Below are positions 40,971-50,113 of a stretch of DNA of 64,000 nt, piece after piece; position 1 is the stretch's first letter; each line of letters starts with the position of its first letter. Source of the DNA: Candidatus Zhuqueibacterota bacterium (lineage in GTDB: Bacteria > Zhuqueibacterota > Zhuqueibacteria > Oceanimicrobiales > Oceanimicrobiaceae); the NCBI GenBank assembly GCA_029262035.1, contig JAJDAE010000296.1:182-64181 (forward strand), in the 5' to 3' direction. A model generated the notes under the pieces. The model saw nothing but the letters and a program-made list of their open reading frames with translations, made no database searches and was not told the origin of the DNA. The position numbers and the translations under genes were made by a program.

Positions 40971-41882
40971 CTAAAGTTTTAAAGAACCTACTATCTCTGA
41001 AATGGCATCAATACCATTTCCATTACAATAATCGTTTAATCCACCTACCATTTTTTCACCGGTAGAGGGATCTATAAAATTAGCAGTTCCAACTTGAACT
41101 GCACAAGCGCCTGTTATAAAGAATTCAAGCGCATCATTCAAATTCATGATTCCACCTATGCCGACTACCGGAATATCCACATTTTGTACCACCTCAAACA
41201 CTTTGGCGAGCGCTACCGGCTTAACTGCCGGACCTGAGTAACCAGCCGTTACCGTATGTACCTGTGGCTTCCTGGTTTGGGTATTAACTGCCATCCCTAC
41301 CAAAGTATTGATTAAAGAAACTGCGTCAGCCCCTCCATCTTTTGCTGCCTGCGCAATCTCGCTAACCCTTGTAATGTTCGGGGTTAATTTTGCAATGAGC
41401 GGTTTTTCGGTAATGTCCCGGAGCATTCTTGTAACTTGCTGCGTTACTTTCGGATCCTGGCTAAACGCCAATCCGCCTTGCTTTACATTCGGGCATGAAA
41501 AGTTAAGTTCATAAGCGCTAATGCTATCATGTTCATCAAGTTTTTCGATGACCTGAAGATACTCTTCAGGTGTACTGCCCGCAACATTGGCAATTATTGC
41601 TGTGGACAGTTCGGACAAAAATGGCAGCTTTTCTGAGATAAAAGTATCCACTCCCACGTTAGCCAACCCGATGGAATTTAACATGCCCGCAGGCAATTCA
41701 AAAATACGCGGTGGCGGGTTGCCGTCTCTCCGCTTTAAAGTGACAGACTTGGTAACAATACCGCCCAAGGCGTTTAAGTCAGTTAAAGCGCGGCTTTCCT
41801 GACCATAACCGAAAGTTCCCGACGCTACAAGCACCGGATTTTTCAGCTTCAATTTACCAATGGAAACCGACAGATCAGCCAA
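40971..41882 (-). CDS. pyrD: Dihydroorotate dehydrogenase family 1B, catalytic subunit
   Basis: ASGTFG, NSIGL.N, NFSCPN, KLTPN. TTG start at 41882 with GGAGGT RBS. Confidence 0.95.
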   Translation of the reverse strand: MADLSVSIGKLKLKNPVLVASGTFGYGQESRALTDLNALGGIVTKSVTLKRRDGNPPPRIFELPAGMLNSIGLANVGVDTFISEKLPFLSELSTAIIANVAGSTPEEYLQVIEKLDEHDSISAYELNFSCPNVKQGGLAFSQDPKVTQQVTRMLRDITEKPLIAKLTPNITRVSEIAQAAKDGGADAVSLINTLVGMAVNTQTRKPQVHTVTAGYSGPAVKPVALAKVFEVVQNVDIPVVGIGGIMNLNDALEFFITGACAVQVGTANFIDPSTGEKMVGGLNDYCNGNGIDAISEIVGSLKL

Positions 41883-42696
41883 CGAGCAGCACCTCCCGGC
41901 TATCAAATACAGGACCGTCAATACAAGTCAATTTGTACTTTCTCTCACCTTCGGCATAATCTTGCACTTCAACGGGACAGCCAACACAGATGCCAAAACC
42001 GCATCCCATCACTGATTCAACAGAAATCTGGCCTTCAACATCGAATTCAGAGGAGATATCTACCATTCTCTTCAAAAATACCTCGGGGCCGCAACTAAAA
42101 AGTACAGGGGGAACAGAACTCTTTGAGGCAAGTTTTTCAATTAATGGTTTTGTTACGTACCCTTGAATGCCAGCGCTGCCGTCTTCCGTACATTGAATAA
42201 TGTTGATATCAAAATCGTTGAACAGTTCGGCCATGGCGAGATCAGCTTTTGTACGCACGCCAACATAAACAGCAATATTGGCAGAAGATTTCTCTAAAAT
42301 ATCCTGGCACAAAAAAGGGAGGGGTGCTATGCCAAGTCCGCCTCCCACAAGAATTGCAGATTCAATTCCAGACTTTATATGAAACCCGTGCCCGAGAGGA
42401 CCAATTATATTGATAACATCATCAACTTTATAACCCGCCATAAGAGTCGTTCCCCGTCCAACAATTTGCCACAGAACCTCAAACCAGCCTTCTGCTTTAT
42501 CTACCTTGCAAATACTAAACGGACGCCTGAGCAGAGGTGAAAGTTCATTACTTACCTTTATATTTACAAATTGTCCGGAACTGGAATTTTGAGCAATATC
42601 AGGGCAATGAAGTCTTGTCAGGTAAATACTATTTTCACTAAGCCTTTTGTTGCTCAGAACGATACAATCATGACTTTTGGGGGGAGAGCATATCAT
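41875..42696 (-). CDS. pyrK: Dihydroorotate dehydrogenase electron transfer subunit
   Basis: RRPFS, GGGLGIAP, MGCGFGICVGC..CIDGPVF. Confidence 0.93.
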   Translation of the reverse strand: MICSPPKSHDCIVLSNKRLSENSIYLTRLHCPDIAQNSSSGQFVNIKVSNELSPLLRRPFSICKVDKAEGWFEVLWQIVGRGTTLMAGYKVDDVINIIGPLGHGFHIKSGIESAILVGGGLGIAPLPFLCQDILEKSSANIAVYVGVRTKADLAMAELFNDFDINIIQCTEDGSAGIQGYVTKPLIEKLASKSSVPPVLFSCGPEVFLKRMVDISSEFDVEGQISVESVMGCGFGICVGCPVEVQDYAEGERKYKLTCIDGPVFDSREVLLVG

Positions 42697-42703
42697 GATT
42701 TTG

Positions 42704-44797
42704 TTAATTTCTCTTTGTCCTCAAACTACTTGGCCGGCGATCTCTCCTGGCCTCATTCTGTCGAAGACCATCGTTGTAGCCCCCGAGATCTTCACTTTTC
42801 GTTTCTATAGGTGCACGATCAATATCTTTATCTTTAGTATCAGCTACCACAGAATCACCCTGTACAACTGCTTCAGTCAAACCATCGATTGGAATAGCAG
42901 ATTCCGATTCAGTTGGCTCTTCTTCTTTGGCTATAATTTCTTTAGCTTCTATTTTCTTTTTCAGAGGTCCGGTAAACTCAGAACCAGGGTAAGTTTCGAC
43001 AAATTCATCATATAACTGACGTGCCTTTGTATAATTGGCAGTGTATTTTTCGTGAATCCACCCCATCGCGTACAATGCTTTGGGGGCAAAATCAGATTCA
43101 GGGAATGTTTCCATTACCCGCGCATATTCCCTGAGTGCCTTGTTTATATTTTTTTGTTTAAACAAAGAAGATTCAGCGCGTTTAAAAAGTTCAGCGGCAG
43201 GTTCAACAGAGCTGCCGTCATCAATCTCCAGTTTTTTCCTAGCCGCAGCAGCTTGTTCAGAGTCAGGATATTTTAAAATAACCTGATATAATAATGAATC
43301 TGTTCTGAATTTATCCTGAAACATGTGCTCATTAATATAAGCAGTTGAATACAACGCTTTGGCTGCATAAGGGTGTTCGGGAAACAATTCCAGAACCTCA
43401 CCATACTCGTATAAAGCAGAATCAATTTGATTAAACTGAAACAGATATATTTCAGCGAGCTGTAATTTGTTTTTTATTAACCGGGTCAACTTATCTTCTT
43501 TGGGCTTCCCGATCTCATCGCCAGCATTGTCATCGCTTAATAATCCGCTGGTCCGTTTTAATTCAATCAGCCTCAACTCCGGATGGTTGCCATGTTCAAG
43601 TAAAAGCAACTCCAACTCGGTTAATACTCTTTGTACACTACCGGATTCAATTAATTGCTGTCCAAGAGCTTTCTTTACTTCATTTCCAAATTTGATTAAA
43701 TCACCCAATGCTTCTGCACGACTATTTGCATCAGCTACAAATTCGGAGCGATTAAATTCGCTCCTAACTTTTCCATAGCTTTCTTTAGCTCCGGCAAAAT
43801 CGTTTAATTCATGCTCTTTTATCTCACCTGTCCTAAAATAGGCTTCCGCAGACACAGCTGTTCTTTTGTTTTGTAGAATCACAAGTTCATAATTTTCGAT
43901 TGCATCAAAAAGTTTGCTTTTAAAATAAGCTTGATCCTTTTTACTTTTACCTTCGAAAGTCTTGCCTTCCTTATAAACGATATCCGCAATTTCCAGCTGA
44001 ACATATCCATGTTGCTTTTTAAATAAATCGTTATCTAGAAGTTCATTACAAATGCGAGCAGCTTTTTTAAAATCACCAGACAGCTTAAGCGCTTTTGCAT
44101 AATTTAGCCAGGAATCAAATTCAAATTTTTGATTCGGGCTTTTCTTAATGGCCTTTGTAAAATTATCAGCCGCATCATCATATTTTTCAATCAAAATTTG
44201 TGTTTGACCAAGTTGAAAATAACTTGTTGCCGTTAACAGATCATCTTCACCAATTTCAGCTGATTGTAAAAATTCCGCTTCTGCATCTACATAGTTTTCT
44301 ATATGGAGGTGAATCTCGCCGGAAATAAATTTTGCTTCCTGTCTGATTTTTTTGTCCAGCTTTTCTCTATTAGACAATTCACTGAGAATTAATCTTGCTG
44401 AGGGATAATCTTTAAATTCAATATATGTTTTTGCAAGCCAAACTTTGGCTCGATAAAAATACTCACTCTCCGGGAAATATTGTATTAACTCCTGGAATTT
44501 ACGTTGTGCTTTTATGTAATCCTGCTTGTAGTAAAAGCATTCACCCAAAATCATCACCGCATCATCGACGTATTTACTATTTGGATAAAGTTCCAACACT
44601 TTGGACGCTTTTTCTATTGCATCATCATATTTCTTTTTTTCACTGGAGGTTGGAATATCAGTTGTTCTTTTTTCTCTTTCCTTCTCTGCTTCCTTGTAAA
44701 GTTTTTTGGTATTGTAGAATGTATTATAATAAGCACACGACGAGAATGAAAAAAACAGAAGGGAGAACACAACAAACTTTTGGAAAAAATGCATCAT
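42704..44797 (-). CDS. TPR-repeat outer-membrane lipoprotein (BamD/SprE-like)
   Basis: Lipobox FSSC followed by AYYNTFYN; many TPRs with YP.S motifs. Confidence 0.75.
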   Translation of the reverse strand: MMHFFQKFVVFSLLFFSFSSCAYYNTFYNTKKLYKEAEKEREKRTTDIPTSSEKKKYDDAIEKASKVLELYPNSKYVDDAVMILGECFYYKQDYIKAQRKFQELIQYFPESEYFYRAKVWLAKTYIEFKDYPSARLILSELSNREKLDKKIRQEAKFISGEIHLHIENYVDAEAEFLQSAEIGEDDLLTATSYFQLGQTQILIEKYDDAADNFTKAIKKSPNQKFEFDSWLNYAKALKLSGDFKKAARICNELLDNDLFKKQHGYVQLEIADIVYKEGKTFEGKSKKDQAYFKSKLFDAIENYELVILQNKRTAVSAEAYFRTGEIKEHELNDFAGAKESYGKVRSEFNRSEFVADANSRAEALGDLIKFGNEVKKALGQQLIESGSVQRVLTELELLLLEHGNHPELRLIELKRTSGLLSDDNAGDEIGKPKEDKLTRLIKNKLQLAEIYLFQFNQIDSALYEYGEVLELFPEHPYAAKALYSTAYINEHMFQDKFRTDSLLYQVILKYPDSEQAAAARKKLEIDDGSSVEPAAELFKRAESSLFKQKNINKALREYARVMETFPESDFAPKALYAMGWIHEKYTANYTKARQLYDEFVETYPGSEFTGPLKKKIEAKEIIAKEEEPTESESAIPIDGLTEAVVQGDSVVADTKDKDIDRAPIETKSEDLGGYNDGLRQNEARRDRRPSSLRTKRN

Positions 44798-44919
44798 TAT
44801 ATTATAAAATAGTTATTTAAATTTTTAATTCAAATTGTACGTAATTTCTAAATCTGAGAACTGTCTAAATGTGCAAAATATAGTTTACAAAAGCCAGAAA
44901 AATTAACTTGCATCGAAGC

Positions 44920-47217
44920 TTAACGGCTGTTACCAAAACTCTTCAACGCTTGTAAACGTTCTTGAGATTTCTGAATATATTCAACGGCGCCGTCATGTTT
45001 TGGTTCATATTTCAACACCAAGTTGAGTTCTTTTATTGCATCCTCGTAGTTATCCTCGGTATAAAATTTAATCCCCTTATTAAAATGGTTGTCAGCAATT
45101 TTCTCGATTTGCTTTTTTGCAGCGGCATACTCAGATACAGCTTTTTTGTTGTTCGGATTTTGCCCCACTAATGTTTTCAATAAATTATAAGCCTCAAAAT
45201 AATCCCCATCACGCCCCATTTGAAGTGCAAGCTGAATTCGATCATCAAAGCTATTTAATTCGTTAACTCGTAGAACACCTTTTAGTGCGGCATCGTGGTC
45301 GGGGAGGAATTGCAGCGCTTTGTTAAATTGAGATTTCGCAGCCTTGTATTCCTCAATTGCCATAAGGCTATCCCCTCTTTGCACGTATGCATTTACAAGT
45401 CGACTTCTCTCTCTTCTAACTTTAATTAGGTTATTTTTTGCGTTGGTGTGATTTGGAGCAACTGTTAAAATAGTATTGAGCAGAGTAATGGCCTTATTAA
45501 TACTTCCATTTTTAAAATGTTTAACCGCCTCACTATTTTGTTGATTTAAAAATTCATCCACTTTGGGTCTAATTTCAATTAATTTGTTTCTCGCTCGTAA
45601 ATTACTAGGATCCTGGTTTAATACACGCTGGTAAAGATTTGCAGCATTATTGAATCTTCCCTTTTTCTCTAAACCCTCAGCTCTTTCAAGAAGACCAACC
45701 AACTCAGATTTCTCAACTTTGGCTACTTCATAAATCCGCTTCAGATATTTCTGAGCATCTTTATGGTCTGGATCATGCTCAAGCGCCAGATCGATTTCTG
45801 ACTTTGCCATTTGATACTTTTTTTGATTAAAGGATGCCACCGCTTGGTTAAAATATCGATCGCCAAGTTCAACCAACGATTTGTTGATTGAGGTGATATA
45901 TTCGTTGGTCTCGGCATCAAGCTTCTCAAACACCAAAACCCGTGTGAACATGCGTTTGGCTTCCAGGTACGCACGCGTTCCGAATCTTAATTTACCTTCA
46001 GCTTTTGAATCATTAATAAATTTATCAATCGCTGGTTGTAAAACCAAAAGCTTACTTTTTGCATCTGCATTTCCCGGTTCAATTTCAAGAACTCTTCTTA
46101 GCACTAAAGCCGCACGAAGAAATTTGGGAGCATCCCCGGACAACATCCTTTTTACCTGAGTAAGCATCGAATCGACAATACCCTTGTTTTTTGCAACTCT
46201 TCGGTCGAGTGCATAAATCAGTTGCCGCAATGAGTCCCGATTTGTAGATTCATAATCGTAAGAAAGATATTTTTTAAAGTTTTCGCTTGCTGCTTCGAAG
46301 TGACGCTTTGACAAATATCTATTAGCCCTGTTTAAATACGATATCGACGAACGAGTCGGAGATCTGCCAATTCTTAAAAGAGCAGTCATCAAAAATTTAT
46401 CAAATTCAGTGCTATAGGTCAGCTGAACTGAGAAATTATCATAAGTGTAGCTCAAACCGGCACCAAATTTTTCGGCATCAAAATCTTCAATTCCTGTAGA
46501 TAAAACAAACTGTCTGGTAAGTTGACAACCCAGCCCTACATGCGCTGTATTCTTTCCTTCATTAAAATGGTAGCCAGTGTTTAATAGCAAGCCCTGGCTT
46601 GGGAATATGTACCCAAGGCCAAGCAAAGCAGATGTCTTGAAAAAACTACCTGAAATAGGTACATTTTGAATAGTCATGCCGAAAGAAATTCTATCCATTT
46701 TATTTTCAACTGAACCACCACGCCAAGGATACTCAGGAGTGCCAATGGCGGGATTTCCTATAAAAAAACCGAATCGTGAAGCAGCAATCAATTCTTTATC
46801 TTTTTTTTGAATATTTAAACCGGCGCCAAGGGATAGGAAATTAGTCAGCTTTCGGCCATAGGAAAAACTCCCGGATTCCACGGTAGTATCAAGAATAGTG
46901 GGGATACGAGCAAGGCTAAACCCAAAAGTGCCATAAAGCGGGATGTATTGAGAGAAACCCAAAAAGCTGTATTCAAACAGACTTTCCATACTTACTGAAA
47001 GCGCTCGATCTTTCAGGCCTGCCATTAAAGCAGGGTTCCAATAAATCGCAACAGGATCGTGAGCCTGCGTTACTAGAGAACCGCCCAGGCTAACTGAACG
47101 CGCATCCGGTTTGAAAGTATTCCCAATTGTTTGTGAATACAAGGCTGAACTATTTAATATTTGTAAATAAGCTAAAAAAAGGAGGGTTGTTGTTTTAAAG
47201 AATGACATAAAACGCAA
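44920..47217 (-). CDS. Fusion of a PorV-like beta-barrel N-domain and a C-terminal TPR array
   Basis: ARSVSLGG..DPVAIYWNPA followed by beta strands, then multiple TPRs. Confidence 0.65.
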   Translation of the reverse strand: MRFMSFFKTTTLLFLAYLQILNSSALYSQTIGNTFKPDARSVSLGGSLVTQAHDPVAIYWNPALMAGLKDRALSVSMESLFEYSFLGFSQYIPLYGTFGFSLARIPTILDTTVESGSFSYGRKLTNFLSLGAGLNIQKKDKELIAASRFGFFIGNPAIGTPEYPWRGGSVENKMDRISFGMTIQNVPISGSFFKTSALLGLGYIFPSQGLLLNTGYHFNEGKNTAHVGLGCQLTRQFVLSTGIEDFDAEKFGAGLSYTYDNFSVQLTYSTEFDKFLMTALLRIGRSPTRSSISYLNRANRYLSKRHFEAASENFKKYLSYDYESTNRDSLRQLIYALDRRVAKNKGIVDSMLTQVKRMLSGDAPKFLRAALVLRRVLEIEPGNADAKSKLLVLQPAIDKFINDSKAEGKLRFGTRAYLEAKRMFTRVLVFEKLDAETNEYITSINKSLVELGDRYFNQAVASFNQKKYQMAKSEIDLALEHDPDHKDAQKYLKRIYEVAKVEKSELVGLLERAEGLEKKGRFNNAANLYQRVLNQDPSNLRARNKLIEIRPKVDEFLNQQNSEAVKHFKNGSINKAITLLNTILTVAPNHTNAKNNLIKVRRERSRLVNAYVQRGDSLMAIEEYKAAKSQFNKALQFLPDHDAALKGVLRVNELNSFDDRIQLALQMGRDGDYFEAYNLLKTLVGQNPNNKKAVSEYAAAKKQIEKIADNHFNKGIKFYTEDNYEDAIKELNLVLKYEPKHDGAVEYIQKSQERLQALKSFGNSR

Positions 47218-47246
47218 ATTACCATTGTACGATCATTGTTGTATTT

Positions 47247-48722
47247 TTATATTATAATATCAAGGTCATAATCAACTTCACATATTTCAATTGCTTGCTT
47301 TCTTCCTTTCACAGAGATTGATTTCTGCCTTGAAGTTGGATACGATCCATTTACCCTTTTCGCAACTTCGTAAGAAGTAATAATTTGGCCAGCCGTTGCG
47401 ACTCCGCACAAGCGAGCAGCAACATTGACAACATCACCAATTACAGTATAATCCATTCTATCAGAAGACCCCATATTTCCCATAACCGCAGCCCCGGAAT
47501 TTATTCCGACTCCCATTTCAAGCATAATTTTGTTCTGGGCTTGTCGTTCCTGGTTTATTATTTTTACTTGTTTTTGAATTTCAACCGCTGCACGCAGAGC
47601 ATTATCAGCCATATTTTTGCCCTGAAAAATAGCCATGATCTGGTCGCCCATAAATTTATCAACCACTCCTTTGTGCCGCTCAACAATTCGGGTTTGGATA
47701 TCAAAATATACGTTAATTAATTTAACAATTTCTCCGGGGTCAAGATTCTCTGCTACAGAAGAAAAACTGCGCACATCCGAAAAAAGAACGACAACACTTC
47801 TCTTAATAGCTCCCTTATTTTGATTGAAGTCCTGCCCGGAGTCTTTGATCATATCCACAGTTAATTTAGAAACAAACTTCTGCATTTGCATCTTTTCTCG
47901 AAGCAGTTGGATCATATTGTTAAATTCAGTCGCTAAAAGACCAAGCTCATCGTTTGAACCTGGTAAAATTTCAACATTTAAATTGCCCCGGCCAACTTGA
48001 CGCGCCCCTTCAGAAAGCAGTTGTATTTGTTTTGCCATTTTTCGAGCAATTAAGTTAATAAAAATCAAAGCAAATATGACAATTACTATGGTCGCTACAA
48101 CAGCTATTTTCCGTGCCCGAATGGTTGGCGCCAGAATATCTTCCTTAACAAAACTAATATATGCAACTCCCAATTTAACGCTTTCGAGACGATCATTTTT
48201 GCGAGATTTTTGGATAATTGGTTTAGAGAATATAAACTCTGTCTTTGTTTCACTTTTCCTAAATACATTACTTTCTAAAAATTGAAAGTAAACTGCAGCA
48301 CTGTCTTCGGGGATAAACTCTCCATCTGCATCAACTCCAATCACTCGTCTCGGGTTGCTACTAATTATCGCAACCTTATTCAGTCCCTGGATTGCATTAT
48401 TTTTTAATGTATGTACTGCTTCAGGAATTTGTTCAGTCTTTTTCAAAAGCAATCCATCTTTAGCCGCATCAGATAAAGTTTCAATTAAAACTTTACAAAC
48501 CTGATCCATTCGGTCCATTAAGGTATCTTCTTGATTTTTGATAACAAACAGGCTAAATGAAAAAATTACTGAAACCACAATAGTTCCAATAATTACCATT
48601 AGTTTCAGTCGGATGGGTAAATACTGAAATCTGGCCACACCTCTATTCCATGCCGAAACAGCCAAACCGCTCGTAGCTGATTGTGGCGTTATAGTATTTT
48701 TATTTGTTCTTTTTTGACTCAT
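47247..48722 (-). CDS. Membrane-bound class III adenylate cyclase (TM-sensor-TM-HAMP-CyC)
   Basis: FSDVRSFS, DKFMGD, DYTVIGDVVNVAARL; K and D ATP-specificity residues; HAMP DELGLL. Confidence 0.9.
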   Translation of the reverse strand: MSQKRTNKNTITPQSATSGLAVSAWNRGVARFQYLPIRLKLMVIIGTIVVSVIFSFSLFVIKNQEDTLMDRMDQVCKVLIETLSDAAKDGLLLKKTEQIPEAVHTLKNNAIQGLNKVAIISSNPRRVIGVDADGEFIPEDSAAVYFQFLESNVFRKSETKTEFIFSKPIIQKSRKNDRLESVKLGVAYISFVKEDILAPTIRARKIAVVATIVIVIFALIFINLIARKMAKQIQLLSEGARQVGRGNLNVEILPGSNDELGLLATEFNNMIQLLREKMQMQKFVSKLTVDMIKDSGQDFNQNKGAIKRSVVVLFSDVRSFSSVAENLDPGEIVKLINVYFDIQTRIVERHKGVVDKFMGDQIMAIFQGKNMADNALRAAVEIQKQVKIINQERQAQNKIMLEMGVGINSGAAVMGNMGSSDRMDYTVIGDVVNVAARLCGVATAGQIITSYEVAKRVNGSYPTSRQKSISVKGRKQAIEICEVDYDLDIII

Positions 48723-48745
48723 CCAGTCATCTTAACCACTAAAAG

Positions 48746-49033
48746 TTAATCCTCATTAGGTACAACTTCTATTTTAATTTTTTCCAGTTCAGAAGTTGAT
48801 AAATCTCTATCGACCAAGCGCATAAAATAAAACAACATGGCACTTGATAATAAAACCAGGACAATCATGCTTCTTGTTGATCTTTTTCCAAACGTTATAT
48901 TTGTTCTTATTCTCCGAAACTGAATGCGGGAACCATCCTCTTCCAGCTCGGTGCTTTTCTTCTCCTTATAGTAGAAAGGAGTAAACCCGAAACTGCGCGG
49001 CTTGCGCTTAACAAATAGGTCGCGTATTAACAT
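48746..49033 (-). CDS. Small hypothetical membrane protein
   Basis: RKPRSFGFTPFYY motif and one TM helix; start trimmed to ATG 49033. Confidence 0.55.
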   Translation of the reverse strand: MLIRDLFVKRKPRSFGFTPFYYKEKKSTELEEDGSRIQFRRIRTNITFGKRSTRSMIVLVLLSSAMLFYFMRLVDRDLSTSELEKIKIEVVPNED

Positions 49034-49234
49034 AAGTGTTTCTTTGGTTAAAAATAATGTGACGTTTAACGAATCTGGACGAATTATTTCCAGAATCTTT
49101 CGTAAAAGTGTAATTTTAAAAATAGCCAAATTGTGAATAAGAAGCAAGATCATAAACCAGGATTTTACAAATTTCGATTGACTCTGCTAACTCAAATTGA
49201 TACTTTTCGTGTCATATTAAAAAAAGAGGATTTT

Positions 49235-50020
49235 ATGGAAAACGCTACAATAGGTAGTATGTTCGAAAAATTGGTAGACATTATGTCGATACTTCGCGGT
49301 CCCAATGGGTGTCCCTGGGATAGAGAGCAAACACATAGCAGCTTACGGCAATATCTAATTGAGGAAACTTATGAGGTTTTAGAAGTTTTAGATGAAGAAA
49401 ACTATCCCGAATTATGTAATGAATTAGGAGATTTACTTCTTCAAATTGTATTCCACGCGCAGCTTGCGACAGAGAGCCAAAGATTTAATATTGCTGATAT
49501 AATTGAGGCGATTACGGAAAAATTGATTCGACGCCACCCAAATGTTTTCAGCGATGTAGAAATTAATACTGCCGAGGAACAATCCGTAAACTGGGAAAAA
49601 ATAAAGAAGTCAGAGGGAAAAAAATCTGTAATCGACGGTGTACCAAAGGCCATGTCTGCACTGCTGAGAGCAGGTAGAATTCAGCAGAAGGCAGCGACGG
49701 TTGGTTTTGATTGGCCCGATCAAAAACCAGTTTGGGACAAAGTTAACGAAGAGTTGGGCGAATTAGATGAAGCCCTTCAACAAAAAGATAAAACTCATAT
49801 TGAAGAAGAATTGGGTGATGTACTTTTTTCACTAGTAAATTTATCCAGGTTTCTGAATATCAATCCTGAAGATGCCTTAAGAAAAACTATCAATAAATTC
49901 AGCACAAGATTCCAAAAAGTGGAAGCACACTTTGAAGGAAAGGGGGAAAGTATGAGTGAAAAAAGTTTAGAGGAAATGGATGAAGTATGGGATAAAGTAA
50001 AACTGGAGGAGGCTATTTAA
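49235..50020 (+). CDS. mazG: Nucleoside triphosphate pyrophosphohydrolase
   Basis: CPWDREQT, EETYE, ELGDLL, RRHP. ATG 49235 has a GAGGA RBS and an upstream TTGACT-N17-TACTTT. Confidence 0.95.
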   Translation: MENATIGSMFEKLVDIMSILRGPNGCPWDREQTHSSLRQYLIEETYEVLEVLDEENYPELCNELGDLLLQIVFHAQLATESQRFNIADIIEAITEKLIRRHPNVFSDVEINTAEEQSVNWEKIKKSEGKKSVIDGVPKAMSALLRAGRIQQKAATVGFDWPDQKPVWDKVNEELGELDEALQQKDKTHIEEELGDVLFSLVNLSRFLNINPEDALRKTINKFSTRFQKVEAHFEGKGESMSEKSLEEMDEVWDKVKLEEAI

Positions 50021-50021
50021 A

Positions 50022-50098
50022 GTGTGGAGAGAAGAGAGTTGAGCATTTCATTTTGATCGTCTGAAACGCTCATCGCCCTCCCCTCTTCGTTTACACAC
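50022..50098. terminator. Long imperfect hairpin between convergent mazG and fusA; likely a bidirectional terminator
   Basis: Nested pairings GTGTG/CACAC, GAAGAG/CTCTTC, GAGCATTTCA/TGAAACGCTC. Confidence 0.45.
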
Positions 50099-50113
50099 TC
50101 TGTTTCTGTAATA

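Noticed and set aside
49235..50020. mazG as part of a toxin-antitoxin or anti-phage system
   Set aside because: It is the housekeeping tandem-domain type, with no mazEF or defence genes adjacent
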